A model generated the notes under the pieces. The model was not told the origin of the DNA and did no database searches. It worked only from the letters and a program-made list of their open reading frames with translations. A stretch of 64,000 nucleotides of DNA from Leucoraja ocellata. Its lineage: Eukaryota. Numbering within the stretch: the first letter of the stretch is position 1; each line of letters begins with the position of its first letter. A program made the position numbers and the translations under genes. Shown in pieces: positions 40,659 through 52,600 of the stretch. The DNA is taken from positions 868,001 through 932,000 of the forward strand of contig JAWMAR010000351.1 of NCBI GenBank assembly GCA_036785375.1, written 5' to 3'.

Positions 40659-43600
40659 TATATATATATATCCATACCCACGTGTGTGTATGTGTGTATA
40701 TTTTCTATATAAGATATATTATATACACATGCAAATATATACACACGCACAACATACTCAAAAAACAAACAATAGCAGTGTAATAATAATAATAATAAGT
40801 ATTGTAGTTCAGAGCTTATTTGAGGTTGTAATGTTTAATAGCCTGATGGTTGTAGGGAAGAAGCTGTTCCTGAACCTGGACGTTAGTTTTCAGGCTTCTG
40901 TACCTTCTTCTCGATGGCAGGGGTGAAATGAGTGTGTGGCCAGGATGGTGTGGGTCTCTGACTATGCCGGCTTCCTTTTTGAGGCAGCAACTCTGATAAA
41001 TCCCTTTGATGGTGGGGAGGTCAGAGCCAATGATGATGGACTGGGCACTGTTCACAACTTTTTGCAGTGGTTACACTACCAAGTTTACCCATTTATTTTA
41101 TAATGGGTGCAAGGAAGGAGAAAAGCTTCTGACGAGTAACCAATTGTTGACAAAACAACTCAATGGGAAATGAGAAATTGCTTACCACAAGTTTATAATT
41201 TCTGAAAGGCACCATTTTAATAGAAAATAACAATCAAACCGATTTTAAGTGTGAAATCGGACAGATTCGATGGGTTCCTTTTTGGGATTGGGGTAAAAAG
41301 TAAAACGAATAGTAACAGGTAAAGAAATGATCTCTCAAATGATTCGAGATTTTTTGAAAAACCGCTGAAACAAGGACAAAAGAGACAGCAGTTTGACGTA
41401 ATTTCAACTCACCTTAACTCTCAAAATTGTTATTCAATTCATTTAATAACTTGAAAAACATCCCATGTTATAATGATTCCATGCAAACAAAATATTTCCC
41501 AATTTGTCCTCATTACTAAGACAAATAGTAATTTCCAAATCCAAAAATCTTTCTCCTTGTAGTACTGATTCATAAATCTTTCAAAACATTTCCTTTCAGT
41601 TCTGAGTATTCAGTATCCCTCCCTCATCTATATAATTCAATATTTAGAGAATGAAACTTGCCATACCTTGGTTGCCTCCAGCTGTGACTCCAGTGTTCCC
41701 GATTCCTCCACCATGCAAGACCTGATGTGCAGGTTGAACACAATTATAAAATGGGCTAATGAAGGCGTGCCATTATTAAGATAATTCACCTTTAAAAATA
41801 AATTCTAGGAAATGTCATGCTCGGATAAATAGCAATTTCAATTCTAGAACTAAAAGGCAGGTCACTGATTGGTTTCTCAGTTTAAATTAATTATTTTAAA
41901 ACAGAACTACACAAGCTCTAGAAACATAGAAAATAGGTGCAGGAGTAGGCCATTCGGCCCTTCGAGCCAGCACTGCCATTCAATATGATCATCCAAAATC
42001 AGTTCTAGCTTTTTCCCCATATCCCTCAATTCTCTTAGTCCTAAGAGCTAAATCTAATTCTCTTGAAAATTAACATTGTAAACTCTCTAATATAAGGCAC
42101 AAGTTCATTGAACTTTCATGATTTAAAAAGTACATTTAACAAGGTTAGTGGCCTCTTCTACTTTGAAAAAGATTACATTTATTCAAAAGAACTAACCTAA
42201 TTATCAAAGAAAGTAGAAACATGGAACTACAGATGCTGGCTTATCACAGGATGAGACAAAATGCTGAAGTAACTCAGCGGGTCAGGCAGCATCCCTGGAG
42301 AACATGTATAGGTGGATGTTTTGGGTCTGGATCCTTTTTCAGACTATCGGTCTGATGAAGGGTCCCAACTCAAAAAGTCGCCTATCCATGCTCTCCAGGA
42401 ATGCTGCCTGACCCGCTGAGTTACTCCGGCATTGCTTCTTTCCAAAAATCAAGAAAAGGTGGTCATATTCAATATTCACAACTGTCACTCATAAGGCTGC
42501 AAACCTACAGTTTTAGAAAATGCTTTTATTTGTAAAGGCAACGCTAGAAAACTCAACTTGATTCACAATTCTGTAATCTGACAGGAAGTGCTCTGCTTCT
42601 CTGCATGTAAATGATCTGTTCCCTTCATTAATCTGATTTTCTCCATTCTCTGTTTTAATGTGCAGCATGTGCTGTAGCAAAGTTGACTACAAAGACTTGG
42701 CTGCCATTTAGTTTCTAATATAAATCTGCTCCTGTTCCACAAAGGTTATATGTCAGTCGGGGTAAGCCAAGTTTTCCAACAATACTCAGGCTTTTAGAAA
42801 TGAAAGTTGGAGAACCTAAATTCATTAACATATTTATTAAAACATGCAAGGCCATCCAGCTTACCATGTCAGCACCAACTACCAGCAGAGCATTCTCATC
42901 AGATGCATCCCTGCTTCCTATTTTCCTCTGCAGCTGTGCAACTTATTCTCTCATACCCAGAACATGACAGACGGCTACAGGGAAAATCAAAATCCTTTTG
43001 ATTTTTAAGCCATTTACCCACAACTAGGGGGTATTTTACAGTAGCCTATTATAAACTACTAGCATGTCCTGGGATGAGAGTGGAAACCAGAGCATCCAAC
43101 AAGAACCATTACATTGACACAGAAAACGTGCAAACTCCACGCAGATAGGAGATAAGGATCAAACTTGTGTCCCTGGAGCTGAGGCGGCTGCACCACCAAA
43201 GGTGCTCGAGTAGAGCTAAATCCTAAGACCCAGGAAGAGATAGTTGCGGTAAAGGGCAAATCTACAGATAGATGGAATGATGTGGGAGAAAGAAAGAGAA
43301 GGACTTTGTTCGAAGTCATACTCTTCAATCTGCACCAATGTGACGTTTGCAACTCAATGTTCTTTCTCCAAACTAATAAAGTAAATTTTATATTCATTCC
43401 TGATGATCAATGATAGAATCAACTGAGATATACCAATATTATTGGAATGATCCAGTTATAAAGAATGTTACAGACAAGCTTTTTTAAAGGAAGTGTTAGG
43501 ATAGAAGCTCTTCTACATTTTGTAGTTCCCAGTTATCTCAGGCAATCAGTAATAAAAGGGCAAGTGTCACAAGGCCTTGGTCATACATTCCTAATAACTG

Positions 43601-46600
43601 GACCATGCAGAATAAAGGTAGAAGCCGAGAAGATTATTGTTCCAAATCACAGAAGGTGCGACAGAAAATAAAATGCAAATAATCATTAAAAAATTGTATG
43701 TCAGTAAGTGTAGCATCTAGATATGTGAATTAATTTTGAAGTAGGCAAATAGACTTTTACGGCTGCGACTCTAAACCAGCTTCACCATTTGTTTATTTAA
43801 CAAATTTAATTAAGTTCCAGATGAAATGTTCCTTCCTGGAAGTAAGGCCCATATAAACCTACAGAAAATTAAGTTTGGCTAAAGCAAAACCCTTGTGTAT
43901 GTTGTTTAAAAAAAATCTGATTCCATGTAGCAGTTTGGTTTCAAGTGTACATGCTGCTTTAGCTACAGTGCCCTCCATAATGTTTGGGACAAAGACCCAT
44001 CATTTATTTATTTGTCTCTGTACTCCACAATTTGAGATTTGTGATAGAAAATAAATCACATGTGTTTAAAGTGCACATTGTCAGATTTTATTACTTTTTA
44101 GTTTCACCATGTAGAAATTACAGCTGTGTTTATATATTGTCCCCCCATTTCAGGGCACCATAATGTTTGGGACATATGGTTTCACAGGTGTTTGTAATTG
44201 CTCAGGTGTGTTTGCTTCATCAATACAGGTATAAGAGAGCTCTCAGCACCTAGGCTTTCCTTCCGTCTTTCCATCACCTATGGAAACCTTTATTGCTGTT
44301 TATCAACATGAGGATCAAAGTTGTGCCAGTGAATGTCAAAGAGGCCATTATGAGACTGAGAAACAAGAATAGAGACATCAGCCAAACCTTAGGCTTACCA
44401 AAGTCAACTGTTTGGGACATAATTAAGAAGAAAGGGAGCACTGGTGAGCTTACTAATCGCAAAGGGACTGGCAGGCCAAGGAAGACCTCCACAGCTGATG
44501 ACAGAAGAATTCTCTCTATAATAAAGAAAAATCCCCAAACACCTGTCCGACAGATCAGAAACACTCTTCAGGAGTTGGGTGTGGATTTGTCAATGACCAC
44601 TGTCTGAAGAAGACGTCATGAACAGAAATACAGAGGCTACACTGCAAGATGCAAACCACTGGTTAGCCGCAAAAATAGGATGGCCAGGTTACAGTTTGCC
44701 AAGAAGTTCTTAAAAGAACAACCACAGTACTGGAAAAAGGTCTTGTGGACAAATGAGACGAAGATTAACATATCAGTGTGATGGCAATTCTTGAGTGGCC
44801 AAGTCAATCACCCAATCTGAACCCAATTGAGCATGCCTTTTGTATGCTGAAGAGAAAACTGAAGGGGACTTGCCCCCAAAACAAGCTTAAGCTAAAGATG
44901 GCTGCAATATAGGCCTGGCAGAGCATCACCAGAGAAGACACTCAGCAACTGGTGATGTCCATGAATCGAAGACTTCAAAGTTATTGCATGCAAAGGATAT
45001 GCAACAAAATACTAAACATGATTACTTTCATAAACACTGCTGTAATTTCTACATGGTGAAACCAAAATGTACAAAAATGGCCTATATAAATGTGCACTTT
45101 AACCACATGTGATTTTTTTTCTATTACAAATCACAAATTGTGGAGTACAGAGGCAAATAAATAAATGGCGGGTCTTTGTCCCAAACATTATGGAAGGCAC
45201 TGTATATGTACATTGATGATATCACAAGAGAATCTCCATTCTAGGTGAATAAATTTATTTAAATTAATATTCCCTCTTAAATGAGCTGTACAAAACAGGG
45301 TGCAATCAGTCCCAACAAAACTAAGGACAATGGTAGTAAAGAAAAAATGTTATTTAAGAGCCATCAATGAATCCAAAAGCATAATGTCACTACTGTGACA
45401 TCCACCCACAATGGAAGCCATCCTTCAAAACTTTGATTCTTTCATTATGCAGTCAAGATCCACAAGTTCCATCTCTTATGTCCTATGCAAGCAAAGGAAT
45501 CACCCAGTTATCAAAGTATAAGATCACAACCCTTGAAACGGTCAAGCTGAAAGTGAGCTAGAGTCGCTGCGATAAGTTATCCAATGAGGATTATCTGTGA
45601 GTGGAGATGCAGACACTCATAGTCGTGCATTCAGAGCAACTGGATAAAACAATTTGGGAGCTCAGAGAATTAACTTGATTGCGTAAATAGAGGAGCCACC
45701 TTAATGTTTTAATTATCTGTTTCAAAATTGGCCCTCAGGTCTTAACCAATGTATAAACAATCTAGGATGAAAAAAACCTTGAATCAAATTAAGTCTCATG
45801 GGCCATGTGCAAGACAAGATGGCTACACACATGCCATCTGGGCTTGGGTTTGCAAGCATTCCCCAAATTATTATTTGAACAACTTAAAATCTATAAACAG
45901 CAAGATTCCAAGTTCAATTGGGCTGCACTATGTAACCTCAGATATGGTAGCAGGAAGTAGCTTGGCACTTGGAACGGCTGCATGCAAGGTACCACGTCAT
46001 GGGTGGTACGATCTGAAAACTAATCAGACAGGCTTCACGCTCCTGACTGCAGTTTAGATCTGCAGTTTTATCAAAAAAAACCACCACCTTCAAGAATAAC
46101 TAGAATTTGGAAGCAATGGTGACATAACTGCCACTAAATGAACATTTAAAAGGGTTTCTGAATACATTGCACCCAAAATAATGTGTCAACAAGATTGTGC
46201 TGACTATTTGCGGGCGTCCAGGATGTCAGTTTCAGACAAGAAGTTTTACAAACAAAAAGATGTCCACATTAAATCTCCATGACACAGATCCCACGGTCAT
46301 TTATGCCTCAGGCAAAAGGCAACTGGGATCCACTATCACAGTTACTCCACGCAATGTCAGACCCAATCAGGATGCCAGCAGCAGCATCATAAAGCCACAC
46401 AAATATTTACCCAAAAAGCCCTGTCCTTTGGAAAATGAACAAAAGCTGTGAGCTTATAGCAGTGACATTAGTACCGGAGGAAAAAGCCATTCAGTTGGCA
46501 AGTAAGCAAGTGCGTTACAAACAACACAAAAATGAGGAAGAAAGAAAAACCTTCCAGCCAGATCATCCCCAACTTCATACTGATAGACATGAATGACACG

Positions 46601-49600
46601 ACGGTACGCTATGCTAATAGGAAAAAGACGACAAGATTGGAAAAGAAAGAACACAAATATAAAAATGAGTTCAGAACGGAAAGTCATGTTGAAATACAAT
46701 TTCCTCCATGCTCATGTGAAAAGTCAGAGGGTTTCAGAGTTAGAATTGTAATCTCAAACAAGGACAGTAGGGCTACATAGTTCAACTGCTTTAACTATCG
46801 TGTTTACGAAAAGCAGCATTTTTGCAGTTACCCAAACCTGTCTTACGTAGGGGCAACTTTCATTCATCATTCTGGCTCTGCTCACAATTCAGTGATTTAA
46901 AAATCCTTGCTAACAAACTGCTTCTGTATTTGATTTATCCAACTGATGCAACCAGCACACTCCAGTCTGAAAATGTAAAACCCACTCACATTTGCATCTC
47001 TCCTACTAATCTTTTCGATCTTTAAAAGTCTCCACAAAACTCATCTTTTGACCTGAGCTTTTAGGAAGCCCCCCCCCTCCCCTCCACTTTAATAGATAGT
47101 TCAGTCTTTTCATTACATTAAAATTTTAAAATGAAAACATTTCACGTGCCCTCTCAAAATTATGAAATTACTAAGAATCTGCAGTATTCGTATTTTTTTA
47201 CTTATGCCAAAAGGTTGAAATGAATTATTCACTGATCTACACAATTTCCTGCTTCTCTCTACAGAAACAATGTTTAAATCTGCTGCACCTTTAAAAAAGG
47301 CCATGTTGACCCCTCACTCAAAATGTAAATCACCCATTGAACAGCAAATTCTGGGATTTCACTCTAAACATGACATGTGCAGTTTCAAAAGGGTCAGCAT
47401 GACTCCCAATGTCCAGGCAATGTTAGCTAATCCTCAATCTCAAACACACTATCTTCAGTAGGCATCAGACTCCAATAGTTACACTTTTAACAGAACTTTA
47501 CAAACTGGGACGCTACTGATATTTCATTATGTCTGTCAATTAATGCCCAAGACTGACAGTAATTGACACATATATGCAAAACACAATAAAAGAGTCAATA
47601 ATTCTGATGAATAACAATGCTACTGAAAGATTAACCTGAAAAATTAACTTAGTTTCTCTTTCAGACTTGCTGTAGTATTTTTTAGTTTTTTTAAATATAA
47701 AATTTCCAGAATCCACAGAATATTAATTTTGGATCAATATCGTTGAAAAACTGCATTTTATTTTTAATTATGGGTGGAAATCATTGTCTCAACGAGAAAA
47801 TGCCCCTTCCTTTAATTCTATTATTAACAAGAACTGTAAATGGTGGGAAAGACCCAGGTGCAAATCTCCATTTTCAGATCTGACTTTTTTTCTACTGATT
47901 GAATAAAATGATTTACATCAATAGGTTTTGGCCTTGATTGTCAGTTTGTTAACATTCTCATCACCTTCTCCCACCACAAGTCAAAAGAAAGCAACAGGCA
48001 AGAGGCAGACAATATCACAGCAAAGTACAAAACAAAAAGCAATATTAACCCATCCAGTAGGTATGTCCTGTAGACAGCATCCAAACATCAGGCAGCAGGA
48101 GAAGAAGCAGAAATTCCAGGATTTTACAAGGAGAGAACAACAAAATTCATTAATCAACATTAAATTGCAAATTCATCATCATGTAATAAACATTAGTTAA
48201 CACCATTTAAAGCAACGGCAGAGTTACACAACATCATAGAAACATTTGACAAGTGCTCAATATTTCAGAGGCTGGAAGACATTTCAAAGGGTTGACCACG
48301 GCATTTACGACAGAATTAAAGAAATGCTTAAAAAGCTGAGACAAAGTGGAGGGTTTCTAGCAGACAGCCCCATGTGGAGCGAGCACAGCCATAAAGATCC
48401 AAAGACTGCATGGTATTCTGCATGAAACTTCTGATTCTTCATAACCAAGGAAATGTAGCAATTATTTCTTCAGCAATATTTTAAAGAAAATAGTTTAATA
48501 ATCACAACTTACACCAGATTAATTAAATCACATGAATAATGCATTTATGTCGGAAAAGCAGCCAGTTTACTTATTTTTTTTGTCGTGCAGCATGGAAACA
48601 GGGCCACAGCCCACTGAGTCCATGATGACCAACCCTTACCCCAGCACACTAGTTCTATATTATCCCGCTTCTCGTCCACTCCCTGCACACTGGAAGCAAT
48701 TTACAACCAACAAACCAGCACATCTTTGGAACGAGGGTGAAAACCAGAGCACCCGGAGGAAACACACACGGTCACAGGGAGAATGCAAATTCCACACTGA
48801 CAGCATCCAAGGTCAGGAATGAACCTGGGTCTTTGGCGCTGCGAGGCAGCTGCTCTACCTGCTGCACCATGGTGCCGCCCTACTGAATTAAGATGAACCA
48901 GATTCCACCAATTATATTGGCTTCATCAAGTGTAACTGGGAGAAATTCAGCCAGGGTTTCTTCTGGCCAGTGACAACTGCTTTATGGTCTTATACAAAGA
49001 TGGATCAGATTCCACTTGTGTCCTGCTGTCCTTTATCCACTGCGAAGGGCTAAAAGCCACACAAGAAGAGAGGTTAATCTTCGCAAAGCCCTGCAGCATG
49101 CAGTTCATAGTGGGTGATCTTTATTAGAACATCTTACCTCAATATAATTACCCAAATCTATTTAGTTGTTTTAATATTTTTGTATAATTTGTAGCCATAA
49201 CAGCATTTTGGAAGGAGAGAGTACCAAATTCCCATTTTCTAATTGATAATATCCAGCTCTAATGTGAAAGTAATGATATGTTGGTCTGGATACCAACATA
49301 TTATAAATTGGCCCTTTTCGCACAGCTAGGTCACGTGTTTTATATATGAAACAATCCCCAACATTACAAATATTTTGTCTGTTCAAATTTTAACATTGCA
49401 GTGAGAAGTGACTAGAGGGACACCTCACCTTGTTTCCTGCAGCCACTGGTGGAATGTATTTGCATGTTGGGCAAACTCCTGACGTAATTTATCATTCTCT
49501 TCTTGGCGTCTCTGTTCCTTCTGCAATTCCATCTCTCGTTCCTGTTAAGTGACCAGTAAAATTCACTTAGTGTGACAGAGCAAGGGCAAAATGAATTATT

Positions 49601-52600
49601 ATTCATTAAACTTATTAAAAAAAAAAACAAGATGATCAACAGCTCTGAAGAATGCTACACTGAGAGTAAAGCAGGTGAAAAAAACGACTAATTCTCCCAT
49701 CCAGTAAAAAGAGAAGAATGGATATTACCACCTGCAGAAAATTACTTTGATGAATAGCAACACTCTGGAAGGAATAAGAACAGATTAGAAGGCCAGCAAA
49801 GGCTCAGATGAGGTGGGTCTGTTTGGAGGAAAATAATGCATTACTACTGAAACTAGCAACAGGATTTTAAATTTCATTTATGCAAAATAATTCTACACAG
49901 GTTTGTGGGATAGCATTATATCACAGCAATGGTTTACCTTTACAGTAACCTGTACCAGTGTTCCCAACCCGGGTGCACCAATGGGCTATAACAACATTGA
50001 GGTAATCAACTTGGAAAGTTCACAAAAGATAAGCTCAGCATATTGGTTGTCCTACTGTAAGGCCGTCTTGTTCAGCCACACCTCTGCCACAATTACTCAT
50101 CCTTTATCCCTAAAGAGCATTTGTATCCTCGGCACAGTTGATTTCCTCAGCTAGCTTTGTATGATTAGTTTAACCTGGATGCATTAAACTTACTCCCTTA
50201 CCCAAGTTGGTGATAGTTGCAATGTTTGCATGAGGGACATTTGTAGTACCCCAATAGTTTTGAGTTTGCCATCTCATAAAATGTTGCGAATGCCACTTGG
50301 AAAGATCCATAGCTTTCCAGCTTGACAAGTAATTTATTGAAAGAGTTTAAAAAAAAATATATAATCACATTTGGATACATATGGCAAGGATATGTGAGGA
50401 ATCTAGAACTAGGGCTTACTCTCATAAAAGGTTGGTTATTGATCTCCAGAACTGTTGGTGCACCGCAATTCCCCAAGTCAGTAAGTACATTCAAAACACA
50501 TAATTTTATTTGTTTATTTTTTTAGGGAAAGAAACAGGGTAGAAAAAATCTGCTGTTATTATCGAATTGTAATGTGGGTTAAAATTCCAAATGGCCGACA
50601 CATCTGCTAATTCTTGATCTTATTTCACCCCCCACCCTTTACATTTAAAGAAAATGTACACATACCTTTATGATTTTCTGCAAGTTTCTCCAAGTCTCCT
50701 CCAGGGCTTCCATAGTGAACCAGGTGTAGGGATTAGAAAACATCCGGTAACTCTTGATCTGACGATCAAGCTCAGCCAGCTGGTTGAAATCGGTCTGGGC
50801 TGAGCTCAAAGACGAGCGGAAAGCCTCGTGAGCCTCACGCAGGGCCTTTATCTCCTCCAGTGAGTTGCATCGCACAGGATCTGTGAGGTCCTCCTCGGCA
50901 TTCTCAAACCAACTGTTAAAGGCTGAAGCTTTCTTAGCAAAGGTCAAGAAGAGATCTTCAAGCTGTGGAAAAGATAGTCAGTAAACAAGCCTTTGAGGTT
51001 ACATGTATAAATTGCTCCAATTTTAAACCATACAAAAATGCATACTTAAAATCACTGGAAGCTTATGGCACAAGGATAGTGTGTCTGTGCCAGTTGAAAG
51101 AGAGTTATCCAACCCAATCTCTTTTCCTTCCAGCACTGCTCTGTCTGTAGCTCTGAGTAACAGTTCTACAAATACATATCTAGGCACTTAAAACGTTGCA
51201 GGCGATTCTGCTACAACCACCCATCCGGTAGTTTTCCACCTCAGCCATTCTCTCATGATGAACTGTTTCCTCATCACGTCTCTCACTTTCCATCAATTAC
51301 TGTAAATCTATACCCGTTACTTTTTAAGTCCTTCAGCTAGGGCAAACAGATCCCTTCCCATTTGCTCTACTAAAGCCCTTCATAAATGTTATACATGGAG
51401 ACAAGAATTTTAAAATAACTTACTTTTCTGAAATGTTCCTGGGCTTCAAGAAGTTTCTTCTTTCTTTCACCCGAATTGGCCAACAGCTGATTCCACCTTT
51501 TCATTAATGAAGCATGACGTGCTTCAATGGCTTTGGACTGAATGTGTTTAGCTGCCAATAACTGATCCTTCAGAGCTGTAATGTTAGTAATCCCCTCCTG
51601 TTGGAAAGCTTGCAGTCCAGCATCAAATGTTTCCTGCGGAGGACAACAAAATATTACCTTTTATCTATTGAATTTAAGGTAGAAGTAACGATTCACCAAC
51701 TGATCATCGACTGCTAGAGAGAAACAAATAAATGAAAGAACCTAGCTTAATTTTTCTTTTCTCGTTTGGATTGTGGTTGCTTGAGGAAGGGGAGATTATA
51801 CAAAGGAATAAGAGAACTGAAGATCACCAAACTGTTGAAATGGTACAATGACCTTTTTATTGGCCAGTCTTTTCCACTTATTAGCGGCCAATTCAACTGG
51901 CAACAAGTCAGAGAATATATCTGGTGCATCTAGTGTTAAAATGGATGGGAGACTCCAAACTAAAACATGAAATTATTAGAATTGGAATGAGCACATACTC
52001 AGCGGATAGTAGTCATGTCTCTGAGCATGAAGAGTAGGGGATTCTATCTCATGCTCAAAAACAGAAAACAAAATCTCAGCTGATACTTTATTTCAGTATT
52101 GTTAGAGGTCCTACTTTTCAGATGAGACATGCCCCAATTCATAATTGAAAGAGCAACAAGTTTTCCAATAAGATATTTGGCAAAATGTCAACTTAATTGG
52201 TATTAAATCCTAGTCATTTATGGTACACTATCATATACAATTGACCACCATGACTTCTACATTTCATTAAGTACATGAGCAGCAGTCATTTAGGATAATT
52301 CTAAATTGCAAGAAGCGGCATAGAAATTAAAAAATTAAAAACATTTAACATGATATACATATGCTTTGTCATATTTACTGCCATGCAGTAGTGCACATGC
52401 TGTATCCATGGCTTGGGAGCCACTAATTGATGATTCTAAACTTACAATTTAAATGCATTTTTTCCAGTATTTGGTAAATAACTTTCATGAATATCTTTAC
52501 TGTAACTGATCACAGAAATTATGAGCAAAAAGCCATTGTTTGACTACATTACAAATTTGTTCGTTAATACTGAATTACAACCTAAATATCATATTTTCTA

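Noticed and set aside
49696-49706. Second copy of the microexon sequence CCCATCCAGTA
   Set aside because: Only an 11-nt match without splice sites; probably chance.
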